64,000 nucleotides of DNA from Candidatus Geohabitans tengchongensis (GTDB taxonomy: Bacteria > Sysuimicrobiota > Sysuimicrobiia > Sysuimicrobiales > Humicultoraceae): NCBI GenBank assembly GCA_031459625.1, contig JAVKIH010000011.1:6817-70816 (forward strand). The letters run 5' to 3'. The notes under the pieces are model-generated. The model saw nothing but the letters and a program-made list of their open reading frames with translations, was not told the origin of the DNA and searched no databases. The first letter of the stretch is position 1; each line of letters starts with the position of its first letter. Made by a program: the position numbers and the translations under genes. Shown here piece after piece: positions 9,541 through 20,401 of the stretch.

Positions 9541-10374
9541 GTGCGCGTGAGCCTGGTCGTCTCCCTGGAGGCCACCGCGTTCGATGCGGTGGCGATGCGC
9601 CAGGGGCTGGGGGCCCTGGAGGCGGTGGCGGCGCTGGGCTACGACGGGGCGGAGCTGGCCGTGCGCGACCCGCAGGCGGTCGACGGCGGGTGGCTGCGCG
9701 ACCGCTGCGCGCAGTTGGGGCTGGCCGTCCCCGCACTCGGCACCGGGCAGGCCTACCTGCGCGACGGCCTGGCGCTGGCCCACCCGGAGGCAGGCATCCG
9801 CCGGGCGGCCATCGAACGCATGCGGCACCACGTCGCCCTGGCCCGGCAGCTGAGCGCGCTCCCGGGGACGCCGGCCGCGGGCGTCCAGGTGATCGTCGGG
9901 CTGATCCGAGGCCCGGCGGGCCAGGACCGGCCAGGGGCCGAGCGGCGCCTCACCGAGGCGCTCCGGCCCTGCCTGGACGCGGCGGCCGAGGCCGGGGTGG
10001 GGCTGGTGATCGAGGCGATCAACCGCTACGAGAGCGACTGGCTGCACACCCTGGAGGAGGTGGCGGCGCTGGTGGAGCGCGTCGGCCACCCGCGGCTGGG
10101 CGTGCTGGCCGACACCTTCCACATGAACATCGAGGAGCGGTCGATGGACGAGGCCCTGCGCGCCGCCGCGCCCCATCTGCGCCACGTGCACGTGGCCGAC
10201 AGCAACCGCCGCGCGCCGGGGCAGGGGCACCTCGACTTCGCGCGGCTGGTGGGCGTCCTGCGCGAGGCCGGCTACGACGGGTTCCTCTCGGCGGAGATCC
10301 TGCCGTGGCCCGACCCGGATGAAGCCGGGCGGCTGGCCATCACCCACCTGCGCGCGGTGCTGGGGCGGCCCTGA
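9541..10374 (+). CDS. xylose isomerase-like TIM-barrel protein (sugar phosphate isomerase/epimerase family)
   Basis: Motifs GYDGAELAV, GLVIEAINRYE and HVHVADSNRRAPGQGHLDF. Confidence 0.8.
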   Translation: MRVSLVVSLEATAFDAVAMRQGLGALEAVAALGYDGAELAVRDPQAVDGGWLRDRCAQLGLAVPALGTGQAYLRDGLALAHPEAGIRRAAIERMRHHVALARQLSALPGTPAAGVQVIVGLIRGPAGQDRPGAERRLTEALRPCLDAAAEAGVGLVIEAINRYESDWLHTLEEVAALVERVGHPRLGVLADTFHMNIEERSMDEALRAAAPHLRHVHVADSNRRAPGQGHLDFARLVGVLREAGYDGFLSAEILPWPDPDEAGRLAITHLRAVLGRP

Positions 10375-10422
10375 GGCGCGGGGCGCGGGCGGCGACGCAC
10401 GACATCGTCAGGGAGGGAGAGG

Positions 10423-11457
10423 ATGCCCATGGGAATGCGGAGCGCTCTGCTGGTCCTGCTGGCCGTGCTGGTGCTGGCTCCGCTCGGAGCGGTGCGCGCC
10501 GCGCCGGGCGGACAGGTGAACGTGCTGTGCAGCCCCAACCCGGCCTGGTGCGACGCCATCAAGGTGGAGTTCCCCAAGGCCACGGGGATCGCGCTCAACT
10601 ACGTCCGCCTGAGCTCCGGCGAGGCGCTGGCCCGCCTGCGCGCCGAGGGGGAGAACCCCTCCTTCGACGTCTGGTTCGGCGGGACGGGCGACCCGCACAT
10701 CGTGGCCAACGAGACGGGGTTGACGGAGTTCTACCGCCCCAAGGCCTGGGCCGATCTGCGGCCCGAGCTGCGCGAGGCCGTGGCGAACAAGTACATCCCC
10801 CTCTACGCCGGCATCCTGGGGTGGGCGATCAACGGCGGCCTGCTGCGTGAGAAGGGCATCCCGGTGCCGCGCACCTGGCAGGACCTCGGGCACCCGCGCC
10901 TGCGCGGGCTCGTGGCCATGCCCAACCCCAACACCAGCGGCACCGGCTACACCATGCTGGCCACCGTCGTCCAGATCTACGGTGAGCGCGAGGCCTTCGA
11001 GCTGCTCAAGCGCATCCACCGCAACGTCGCCCAGTACACCCGCGGCGGAGCCGACCCCGGCGTGCTCACCGGGCGCGGTGAGGTGGCCGTGGGGGTCACC
11101 TTCATCCACGACGCCGTGGACAACGTCCTCAAGGGCTTCCCCATCACCTACGGGGCGCCGTCGGACGGCACCGGGTACGAGATCGGCGGTCTCAGCCTGG
11201 TGCGACGGACGCGTAACCGCGAGGCGGCCATCACCTTCATCGACTGGGCCCTGACGCCGGAGGCGCAGATGATCGCGGCCACCCAAGGACAGTCCTACCA
11301 GATCCCGTCCAACAGCAAGACGCCCGTCCCCCGGGTGGCGCCGCGCTTCCAGGACTTCAAGGTGATCAAGTACGACTTCCTCAAGTACGGGTCCGCCGCC
11401 GTCCGGGACGCCCTCGTGCGCCGGTGGACGACGGAGGTCTTCCCGCTGCCGAAGTAG
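10423..11457 (+). CDS. ABC transporter substrate-binding protein (Fe3+/AfuA/PotD-like SBP family)
   Basis: Signal peptide MPMGMRSALLVLLAVLVLAPLGAVRA. Paralogous to the 4561 SBP. The start could equally be ATG 10429 or 10435. Confidence 0.8.
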   Translation: MPMGMRSALLVLLAVLVLAPLGAVRAAPGGQVNVLCSPNPAWCDAIKVEFPKATGIALNYVRLSSGEALARLRAEGENPSFDVWFGGTGDPHIVANETGLTEFYRPKAWADLRPELREAVANKYIPLYAGILGWAINGGLLREKGIPVPRTWQDLGHPRLRGLVAMPNPNTSGTGYTMLATVVQIYGEREAFELLKRIHRNVAQYTRGGADPGVLTGRGEVAVGVTFIHDAVDNVLKGFPITYGAPSDGTGYEIGGLSLVRRTRNREAAITFIDWALTPEAQMIAATQGQSYQIPSNSKTPVPRVAPRFQDFKVIKYDFLKYGSAAVRDALVRRWTTEVFPLPK

Positions 11458-11460
11458 CGC

Positions 11461-13697
11461 TTGGCCAGGCCCCTCCTCCCCTCGGGCGCGCCGCCGCTCG
11501 CCCTGCGGACCGTCCCCGTGCAGTGGACGGCCATGGGGTGGGGGGCGGCCGCGCTCGTCGTGGGGTTGCTCCTCCCCTGGACCCGGGAGGAGCGGGCGGT
11601 GTGGGCGTATGCCGCCGACGCCACGGGTGCGGCGCTGCTCCGCACCACGCCCGGGGTGGGGCTGGCCCTGCTGGCCGCGGCGCTGGCGGTGCTGGTCGGC
11701 GTGGCGCCGCTGCCGCCGGTGCGCCGGGGGCAGTGGCTGTGGCCGCTCGGGCTGGCCGGAGCGGTCACCATCCTGGTCACCGCGCTGGTGCTGGGGCGGC
11801 CCGTGGGCCTGGGCGCCATCCTCCTCTTCCTCGCCCACCTCACGCTGGCGGGGACGGGGCTCGCGCTCAGCGGCGCGCTGCGCACCGACCCCTTCACGGC
11901 CGCCGCGGTGCTGTGGGCGGCCGTCTTCGTGCTGCTCTTCATCCTCCTGCCGCTGGCGGAGGTGCTGGCGGCGGCGGTCGTGGTCTCGGGCCGGTTCACC
12001 CTGGACGCGGTGCGGGAGACGATCCGCTCACCGGCCTTCTTCCTCCTCGACCGGCCGGCCACGCCGCTGGACGAGGGGCGGGCGGTGCTGGCCGTGGGCG
12101 CGGGTGGAGCGGCGGTGGGGGCCGCCTGGAGCCTCCTGGCCCGCCACCCCCTGCGGGCGGTGGTCGTCCGGACCCTCGCCGCGGGCCTTGGCGCCGGCGG
12201 GCTGGCGGCACTGGTGCTCGGCTTCGGTGCCGTGCGCAACAGCGTGCTGCTGGCGCTGGCCGTGGGCGGGCTCTCCACGGGAGTCGGATTCCTCTTCGCC
12301 CTGCTGGGGGAGCGGTCGCGCCTCCCCACGCGGCGCCTGCTCGGGCCCCTCTCCATCCTGCCCATCATCACCCCGCCCTTCGTCCTGGGGCTGGCGATGA
12401 TCTTCATGTTCGGCCGGCGCGGGTTCATCACGCACCAGCTCCTGGGACAGTCGACCACCCTCTTCTTCGGGCCGCTCGGGGTGGGCGCGGCGCAGGTGCT
12501 GGCCTTCACCCCCATCGCCTACCTGGTGCTGGTGGGTGTGGTGCGTGCCCTCGACGTGGCCATGGAGGAGGCGGCCGAGACGCTGGGCGCGTCACGCTGG
12601 CAGGTGCTGCGGACCGTCATCTGGCCGCTGGCGCGGCCGGGGCTGGCCAACGCCTTCCTGCTGGTGGCCATCGAGAGCCTGGCCGACTTCGGCAACCCCT
12701 TCGTCGTCGGCGGCGGCGCGCCGTTTCTGGCCACGCAGGTCTTCGACGCCATCAGTGGCCGCTTCAACCCGCACGAGGCCGCGGTCTACGGGGTGACGCT
12801 GCTGGGGATGACCCTCACCGTCTTCCTGGTGCAGCGGCTGTGGCTGGGGCGGCGGGGCTACGTCACCGTCACCGGCCGCCCCGGCGCGGGGCTGGCCCGC
12901 CCCCTCCCGCGCTGGCTCGACCTGGGTGGCACCGCCCTCTTCCTGGGGTGGGTGGCCCTCACCGTGCTGCTCTACGGCTCCGTCTTCGTGGGGGCGGTGA
13001 CGCGGCTGTGGGGGTTCGACGACACCGTCACCCTCGCCCACCTCCAGGGGCTCACCCCGCAGGGGTGGGCGGTGCTGTGGAATTCCGTGCGCCTCTCCGC
13101 GCTGGCGGCGGTGCCCTCGACGTTGCTCGGTTTCCTCATCGCCTACCTGGTGACGCGCGTGGCCTTCCCGGGCCGGTCGGCGCTGGAGTTCAGCGCCATG
13201 CTCTCCTTCGCCGTCCCCGGCACGGTGATGGGGATCGGCTACATCCTGGCCTTCAACCAGGGGGTGCTGCTCCTCACCGGCACGGAGGTCATCCTCGTCC
13301 TGGCGTTCGTCTTCCGCAATATGCCGGTGGGGATCCGCGCCGGGGTCGCCGCCCTGCACCAGCTCGACCGCGCCATCGAGGAGGCCTCCACGCTGCTGGG
13401 CGCGGGGACCGCCTCCACGCTGCGGCGCATCGTCATGCCGCTCGTGCGGCCGGCGCTGCTCTCGGGGCTGGTCTTCGCCTTCGTGCGCGCCGTCACGGCG
13501 GTGAGCCAGGTGATCTTCCTCATCTCGCCGCAGCACAACCTGGCCACGACGCAGATCCTCTCCTACGTCCAGTACGGGACGCTGGGGCGCGGGGCGGCGC
13601 TGGCCTCGGTGGTGATCGTGCTGCTGGCCGCGGTGGTGCTGGCCCTCTACCTGGTGACGAACCGCCTCGACCCGCGCCTGGTCCGGGAGGTGGGCGC

Positions 13698-13701
<4 letters not shown>
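11461..13701 (+). CDS. ABC transporter permease, two fused domains plus extra N-terminal transmembrane region
   Basis: TTG start. At 746 aa it is about 200 aa longer than its paralog at 5600. EAA-like loops are AMEEAAETLGA and AIEEASTLLGA. The extra hydrophobic segments precede the first conserved domain. Confidence 0.8.
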
Positions 13702-14801
<1,100 letters not shown>

Positions 14802-14807
14802 CCGATC

Positions 14808-16271
14808 ATGGCCCCATCGCCCACGATCCTGACCCTCGACCTGGGGACGACCGCGCTCAAGGCCGCCCTCTTCGACCTCGATGGCGACGTGCTGGCGGCG
14901 GCGCAGTCCACCTTTCCCACGCGCCGGCCCCGCCCTGGGTGGGCGGAGCAGGACGCGCAGGCGTGGTGGCAGGCGACGGTGACCGCCACCCGCCAGGTGG
15001 TGCGAGACGCCGAAGCCTCTATCCGTGCCCTGGCAGGGGTCGGGCTCACCTCCCAGCGCGAGGGCGTGGTGCCGGTCGACGACCGGGGCGAGCCGGTGGC
15101 AGCGTGCATCACCTGGATGGACCGGCGCGCCCAGCCCGAGGCGGAAGCGCTCGGGCGCGAGTTCCCCGACCTCCACCGGCGCACCGGGATGCGGCCGGAG
15201 GCCACCTTCACCGCCGCCAAGGTGCGCTGGCTGGCCCGCCACAAGCCCGAGACGCTCCGCCGCGCCCGCTGGCTCCTCCAGCCGCGGGACTTCCTCTATT
15301 ACCGGCTGACCGGCGTGGTCCTGACCGACCCCTCGCTGGCCTCGCGCACGATGCTCTTCGACCTGCGTACCCGCGCCTGGGCCCCCGACCTGGTGGCCGC
15401 GGCGGGAGCCTCACCAGACCAGCTCCCTCCCGTGCTGCCCTCCCTGTGGGCACCCGGGCGGCTGACCGCCGAGGCGGCGCGCGCGCTGGGCCTGACCGAG
15501 AGGACACCGGTCCTCGTCGGCGGCGGAGACCGGGCCTGCGAGGCGCTGGGTACCGGGGCCCGCCCGGGCCGGGCGATGGAGTCCACCGGCACCACCACCA
15601 ACCTCTCCCTGCCTGCCGAGGGCCTGCCTGAGGTCCCCGACGGAATCCTCGTCTCCCTGCACGTCGTGCCGGGGCAGGTTCTGCTGGAGCAGGGGCTCAG
15701 CGCCTCCGGGGCGGTCCTGGCGTGGGTGCGGGCGCTCACGGGGCTGACCGACGCGGACCTGGACGAGGTGGTAGCGCACAGTCCTGCCGGCGCCCGCGGG
15801 TTGCGACTGCTCCCCCACTTCCACGGGGCGCGGGCCCCCTGGTGGGATCCTGCGGCGCGCGCGGTGTGGTCGGGCTTCACGCTGGCGCACGACCGCCCCG
15901 ACCTGGTGCGCAGCGTGCTGGAGGCGGTGGCCTGCGAGGTGCGCGGCTGCCTCGAGGTGCTGCGCGCGAGCGGCCAGCGGGTGGAGGAGGTCGTGCTGGC
16001 GGGGGGTGGCGCCCGCAGCCGGGTCTGGGCGGCGATCAAGGCGCACACCTGGCGCCTCCCGGTGCTCCTGCCCCGGGTGACGGAGGCGGCCTCGCTGGGG
16101 GCCATGGTCCTGGCCGCGGCGGGGTTGGGGCTGCGCCCGCTGGAGGAAGCTACCACCCTCAACCCGCCGGTGGGGCGGATCGACCCGGATCCGGCGCTGG
16201 CGGCGCAGTACGACCGCGTCTACGCCGAGCACCGTGCCCTCTACCAGCGGATGCGTGACGTGCGGGCGTGA
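14808..16271 (+). CDS. FGGY-family carbohydrate kinase (xylulokinase-like)
   Basis: N-terminal LTLDLGTTALKAALFD phosphate-1 motif, C-terminal GGGARS motif, 487 aa. Confidence 0.85.
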   Translation: MAPSPTILTLDLGTTALKAALFDLDGDVLAAAQSTFPTRRPRPGWAEQDAQAWWQATVTATRQVVRDAEASIRALAGVGLTSQREGVVPVDDRGEPVAACITWMDRRAQPEAEALGREFPDLHRRTGMRPEATFTAAKVRWLARHKPETLRRARWLLQPRDFLYYRLTGVVLTDPSLASRTMLFDLRTRAWAPDLVAAAGASPDQLPPVLPSLWAPGRLTAEAARALGLTERTPVLVGGGDRACEALGTGARPGRAMESTGTTTNLSLPAEGLPEVPDGILVSLHVVPGQVLLEQGLSASGAVLAWVRALTGLTDADLDEVVAHSPAGARGLRLLPHFHGARAPWWDPAARAVWSGFTLAHDRPDLVRSVLEAVACEVRGCLEVLRASGQRVEEVVLAGGGARSRVWAAIKAHTWRLPVLLPRVTEAASLGAMVLAAAGLGLRPLEEATTLNPPVGRIDPDPALAAQYDRVYAEHRALYQRMRDVRA

Positions 16272-17257
16272 CACCTGACCCCATGGCCCAGCACGCCCTG
16301 AGCCTCCCACCCGACGTCGTCGCCCGCCTGGTGGACCTGCGCGTCCACCAACCCCAGCGGGTCCTGGACGCCGCCCGCACCCGCCAGCGTCGGAGCCGCC
16401 TGGCCGGGCCGAACGGCCGGCTGGTCCTGCTGGCGGCCGACCACCCCGCCCGCATGGTCACCGCCGCCGGCGGCGACCCCCTGGCCCTGGCCGACCGGTG
16501 GGGCCTGCTCGCCCGCATCGCCGCCGTGCTGGAAGAGCCGGGGGTGGACGGCGTGATGGGCACCGCGGACCTCCTCGATGACCTCCTGTTGCTCGACGAG
16601 GTGCGCATGGAGCGGGGGGAAGCGCCGCTGCTGCGGGAGCGCGTGCTCGTGGGCTCGATGAACCGCGGTGGCCTGGCCGGCAGCCGCTTCGAGCTGGACG
16701 ACCGCTTCACCGGGTACACGGCCCGGGGCATCGCGGCGATGGGGCTGGACGGGGGCAAACTGCTCGTGCGCGTCGACCCCGACGACCCCGGCACCGTGGC
16801 CACGCTCGAGGCCGCCGCCCGGGCCGTGGACGCCCTGGCCGACCTGGGCCTGGCCGCCTTCGTCGAAGTTCTCCCGGTGCGGAAGGTGGAGGGACGGCTC
16901 GCGGTGACGGTCGAGGCGGAAGCCCTTGCCGCAGTGGTCGGGGTGGCGACCGGGCTGGGGAGCTCCTCGCGCCATGTCTGGCTGAAGCTGCCCGCCTGCC
17001 CAGGCTACGACCGGGTGGCCCGGGCCACCACCTGCCCCATCCTGTTGCTGGGAGGGGATGTGGCGCCGGCGGAAGCGGTCCTGCGGGAGACGGCCGAGGC
17101 CCTGGCCGCCGGGCCAACGGTGCGCGGGGTGCTGATGGGCCGCAACGTGCTGTTTCCCTCGGCGGGCACCCCGCGAACGATGGCCCGGGCCGTCGCCGCC
17201 CTGGTCCACGAGGGGGTCGGCTTCACCGAAGCCCGGCGACTCCTGGAGGTGGGATGA
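16268..17257 (+). CDS. putative class I aldolase-fold (beta/alpha)8 protein
   Basis: 329 aa. The segment GRLVLLAADHPARMV and the overall alternating pattern resemble DhnA/LacD/Cgl0159-type TIM barrels. Start and stop overlap the kinase and hyi genes. The family call is tentative. Confidence 0.5.
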   Translation: MTPDPMAQHALSLPPDVVARLVDLRVHQPQRVLDAARTRQRRSRLAGPNGRLVLLAADHPARMVTAAGGDPLALADRWGLLARIAAVLEEPGVDGVMGTADLLDDLLLLDEVRMERGEAPLLRERVLVGSMNRGGLAGSRFELDDRFTGYTARGIAAMGLDGGKLLVRVDPDDPGTVATLEAAARAVDALADLGLAAFVEVLPVRKVEGRLAVTVEAEALAAVVGVATGLGSSSRHVWLKLPACPGYDRVARATTCPILLLGGDVAPAEAVLRETAEALAAGPTVRGVLMGRNVLFPSAGTPRTMARAVAALVHEGVGFTEARRLLEVG

Positions 17258-18060
17258 TGCCCCGCTTCTCCGCGAGCCTGAGCTTCCTCTTCACCGAGGT
17301 GCCGTTCATGGAGCGGTTCCAGGCGGCCTACACGGCCGGCTTTGCGGCGGTGGAGTACATGTTCCCCTACGAGCACAACCTGGAGGCCATCGCCGCCGAG
17401 CTGTCGCGGCTCCAGCTCCGGCAGGTCCTCTTCAACCTGCCGGCGGGCGACTGGAGCCGTGGGGAGCGCGGGATTGCCGCCCTCCCCGACCGCCGGGAGG
17501 AGTTCCGCCGGGGCGTGGTCCAGGCCCTGGAGGCGGCGCGGCGCCTGGACTGCCCTCGCCTGAACTGCCTCGTGGGGTTGCGGGACGAGCGTTACACTCT
17601 GGCGCAGCAATGGGCGACTCTGGTGGAGAACCTGCGGTGGGCGGCGGAGGAGCTGGGCCGGGAGGGACGCACCCTTCTGGTGGAGGCGGTCAACACGTAC
17701 GACGTCCCCGGGTTCCTCCTGTCGCGCACGGGAGAGGTCCTGCGCCTCCTGGACGATGTGGGCGCTCCCAACACCGCCCTCCAGGTGGACATCTACCACC
17801 TCCAGCGCATGGAGGGGAACATCGTGCCCACCCTGCGGGCGCTGCTGCCACGCATCGGGCACATCCAGATCGCCGACCCCCCGGAGCGCCACCAGCCCGG
17901 GACGGGGGAGCTGCGCTTCGAGTACATCCTGAGGCAGCTCGACGCCATGGGGTATGAGGGCTACGTGGGGCTCGAATATGCTCCCCTGGGGACGACGGCG
18001 GACTCGCTGGGGTGGATCGAGGCCATGGGGTACAGCCTGACCCAGCCGGCGGGGCGCTGA
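17254..18060 (+). CDS. hyi: hydroxypyruvate isomerase (Hyi/OtnI family)
   Basis: Near end-to-end resemblance to recalled E. coli Hyi: RFSASLSFLF, FPYEHN, NLPAGDW..GERGIA, NCLVG, TLVENLR, DIYHLQRMEG, HIQIAD, EPGTGE. Confidence 0.85.
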   Translation: MMPRFSASLSFLFTEVPFMERFQAAYTAGFAAVEYMFPYEHNLEAIAAELSRLQLRQVLFNLPAGDWSRGERGIAALPDRREEFRRGVVQALEAARRLDCPRLNCLVGLRDERYTLAQQWATLVENLRWAAEELGREGRTLLVEAVNTYDVPGFLLSRTGEVLRLLDDVGAPNTALQVDIYHLQRMEGNIVPTLRALLPRIGHIQIADPPERHQPGTGELRFEYILRQLDAMGYEGYVGLEYAPLGTTADSLGWIEAMGYSLTQPAGR

Positions 18061-18187
18061 GGCCGCGGCCGCGAACCTCTCGACCGCGAACCCTGTAGTC
18101 CGGGCTCGCTGTGCTCCGGAGTCAGCGGCCGGGCCATCCCGGCGCTTCCCGGGCTAAGGCACTTCCCGGGCCAAGGAGGAGGCACAA

Positions 18188-19093
18188 ATGCCACAGACCG
18201 TCGGGTTCATCGGGTTGGGGATCATGGGGAGGCCCATGGCCCGCAACCTCCTCCGGGCGGGCTTCCGGCTCGTGGTGCACAACCGCAGCCGGGGACCGGT
18301 CGAGGAGCTGGTGACCCAGGGAGCGCTGGACGGCCGGTCGGCCTGCGGGGTGGCCGAGGCGGCCGAGGTCGTGATCACCATGCTGCCGGACACCCCTGAC
18401 GTCCGGGCCGTGGTCCTGGGGCCCGACGGGGTGCTGGAGGGGTTGCGCCGCGGGGCCATCTACGTCGATATGAGTACCATCTCGCCTGTGGCCACCCGGG
18501 AGCTGGCCGAAGCGGTGCGGGCCCAGGGGGCTGTCATGCTGGACGCCCCCGTGAGCGGCGGTGAGAAGGGGGCGATCGAGGGGACGCTTTCCATTATGGT
18601 CGGAGGTCCCGAGGAGGCCTTCAGGGAGGTCCTGCCGGTCTTCCAGGCCATGGGCAAGAATATTGTGCGCATCGGGGAGGTGGGGGCCGGCCAGGTGGCC
18701 AAGGCCTGCAACCAGATCGTCGTGGCCGTGACCATCCAGGCGGTCAGCGAGGCGCTGACCCTGGCCCGCAAGGCGGGGGTGGACCCGGGCAGGGTGCGCG
18801 AGGCGCTGCTGGGGGGCTTCGCCCAGAGCCGCATCCTCGACCTGCACGGGCAGCGCATCCTGGAGCGCAACTTCCAGCCCGGCTTCCGAGCCCGGCTCCA
18901 CCACAAGGACCTGGGGATCGCCCTGGAGACGGGGAAGGCCACAGGGACGCCGCTGTGGGCCACCGCGCTCGTCCACGAGATCTTCGGCGCGCTCCGGACC
19001 CGCGGCATGGGCGATTTGGACCACTCTGCCGTCGCCCGGCTCGTGGAAGAGCTGGCGGGGCTGGGGGACGCGGGGCCGCAGGGCGTCCACTGA
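18188..19093 (+). CDS. glxR: 2-hydroxy-3-oxopropionate (tartronate semialdehyde) reductase, beta-hydroxyacid dehydrogenase family
   Basis: GFIGLGIMGRPMARNL Rossmann motif, DAPVSGGEKGAIEGTLSIMVGG, KACNQIVVA, LHHKDL. Adjacent to hyi, as in gcl-hyi-glxR type loci. An LtnD/GarR-type specificity cannot be excluded. Confidence 0.8.
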   Translation: MPQTVGFIGLGIMGRPMARNLLRAGFRLVVHNRSRGPVEELVTQGALDGRSACGVAEAAEVVITMLPDTPDVRAVVLGPDGVLEGLRRGAIYVDMSTISPVATRELAEAVRAQGAVMLDAPVSGGEKGAIEGTLSIMVGGPEEAFREVLPVFQAMGKNIVRIGEVGAGQVAKACNQIVVAVTIQAVSEALTLARKAGVDPGRVREALLGGFAQSRILDLHGQRILERNFQPGFRARLHHKDLGIALETGKATGTPLWATALVHEIFGALRTRGMGDLDHSAVARLVEELAGLGDAGPQGVH

Positions 19094-19110
19094 ACAGGGC
19101 CTCTGACGTC

Positions 19111-19136
19111 GTTGTGGCCCGGTGTTGTGGCCCGGT
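19111..19136. repeat. perfect 13-nt tandem duplication GTTGTGGCCCGGT x2
   Basis: Read directly: 19111-19123 and 19124-19136, in the spacer between glxR and the tRNA promoter. Confidence 0.9.
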
Positions 19137-19227
19137 GAAGAGGCTTCCAGGAGGATCGAAGGGCCGTCGGCGCAACGGACGGTCTGTGGGCAACTTTGAG
19201 TAAAGTTCGGGGTGGCGCAATGCCGGT

Positions 19228-19257
19228 TTGACCCCCGCTCGATGGCGCCCCTATAAT
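19228..19257 (+). promoter_or_regulatory. near-consensus housekeeping sigma promoter for tRNA-Asp
   Basis: TTGACC (19228-19233), 18-nt spacer, TATAAT (19252-19257), about 55 nt upstream of the mature tRNA 5' end. An 8-bp inverted repeat (GCCCTCGG...CCGAGGGC) sits in the leader. Confidence 0.65.
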
Positions 19258-19311
19258 GCCCTCGGCGGGAGTGGCTCCGAGGGCGTCAGCCGAGCCTGAG
19301 CCCTGCTGCTC

Positions 19312-19390
19312 GGGGGCGTGGTGTAGCCTGGACGAACACACCTCCCTGTCACGGAGGAGATCGCGGGTTCAAATCCCGTCGCTCCCGCCA
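19312..19390 (+). tRNA. tRNA-Asp (anticodon GTC), CCA encoded
   Basis: Manual cloverleaf. Acceptor GGGGGCG/CGCTCCC (one G-U pair). D stem GTGT/ACAC. Anticodon stem CCTCC/GGAGG with loop CTGTCAC. T arm GCGGG-TTCAAAT-CCCGT. Discriminator G followed by CCA. Confidence 0.9.
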
Positions 19391-19697
19391 ATCGGCGTAG
19401 GTCGGTGTTCTCGCCATCGGCGTAGGCGGGGATGAGCTCCGGCCCTCTGTCGATCAAGGAATCTCCCCTCCGTCTATCGAAGTAAGAATCCCTCCGTCGC
19501 TCGGCAGAGGAACGGGCCTAGTCCTCGCTCGATTTGGGCACAGGATAGGCGGCGTGCCAGCGCAGGGAGGCGTGCCGGAGGCGCCTAACAGAGAAAGCAG
19601 TGCTGGGACGCGGGCCCGTCCTGGATGGCCGTGGTGACGGCGGTCCGGCGGCGGCAACATCCCCTCCCCAATCGGGAAGAGCAGGAGCGAGTCGGAC

Positions 19698-20357
19698 GTG
19701 GATCTCTCTCCCGTGCGTGTCCTCATCGTGGACGACCTCACCCTGGTGCGCCAGGGGATCCGTGCGCTGCTCAGCAGCGCCGAGGGCGTGGAGATCGTCG
19801 GCGAGGGTGGTGACGCTTCCGAGGCGCTGGAGCTGGCGCTCGCCACCTCGCCGGACGTCGTCCTGATGGACCAGGACATGCCCGGTAACCCTCTCGAGGT
19901 CACCCGCACGCTCAAGGAGCGGCTGCCGGGTGTGGAGATCATCGTCATGACCGACCGGCTCGACGAAACCAAGGCCCTGGAGGCCATCGAAGCCGGTGCC
20001 ACGGGGTACATCCTCAAAGACATCCCGCTGACGAACCTGCTGGCCGCGCTCCGGTCGGTGTGCAACGGTCGGGCCTTCTTCCACCCCGAGATCACCCGCA
20101 AGCTGATGCAGCGGCTGGCCCACCTGGCCAAGGACCAGCGCTCCCGGATGCGCTGGGAGTCAGAGGGGCTCACCGCCCGGGAACTGGACATCCTCATCGA
20201 GCTGGCCAAGGGCAGCACTGACCGGGAGATTGCCGCCAAGCTGGTGGTGGCCGAAGGGACGGTGAAGACCCACATTCGCCACATCCTGCACAAGCTGGGG
20301 GTCCGCAACCGCACCCAGGCCGTCGCCTACGTCCTCCGCAAAGGCCTGATCCGCTAG
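19698..20357 (+). CDS. two-component response regulator, NarL/FixJ (LuxR-type HTH) family
   Basis: Receiver residues are present: VLIVDD, VLMDQDMPG (phospho-acceptor Asp), VMTD, ILKD. C-terminal LuxR HTH is LTARELDILIELAKGSTDREIAAKLVVAEGTVKTHIRHILHKLGV. No cognate histidine kinase occurs in the window. Confidence 0.9.
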   Translation: MDLSPVRVLIVDDLTLVRQGIRALLSSAEGVEIVGEGGDASEALELALATSPDVVLMDQDMPGNPLEVTRTLKERLPGVEIIVMTDRLDETKALEAIEAGATGYILKDIPLTNLLAALRSVCNGRAFFHPEITRKLMQRLAHLAKDQRSRMRWESEGLTARELDILIELAKGSTDREIAAKLVVAEGTVKTHIRHILHKLGVRNRTQAVAYVLRKGLIR

Positions 20358-20377
20358 CCCCGCCGCAAGGGAGCCTG

Positions 20378-20401
20378 GACCGCTCTCTCGGGAGGGCGGT
20401 C
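20378..20401 (+). terminator. GC-rich stem-loop after the response regulator gene (possible intrinsic terminator without U-tract)
   Basis: GACCGCTCTC-TCGG-GAGGGCGGTC forms a 10-bp stem (one G-U pair) with a 4-nt loop, 21 nt after the stop codon. There is no downstream T-run, so function is uncertain. Confidence 0.45.

Noticed and set aside
18061-18187. Short direct repeats in the hyi-glxR spacer (CCGCGAACC x2, CTTCCCGGGC x2) as an operator.
   Set aside because: Only 9-10 nt each in GC-rich DNA, with no palindromic symmetry beyond the CCCGGG core. I noted them but consider them too weak to call as a regulatory feature.
19391-19697. Integrase, attachment site or prophage remnant downstream of tRNA-Asp.
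   Set aside because: No recombinase-like ORF on either strand; the track ORFs here are shadow frames over the tRNA and the response regulator. I found no second copy of the tRNA 3' end. Only short local direct repeats are present.
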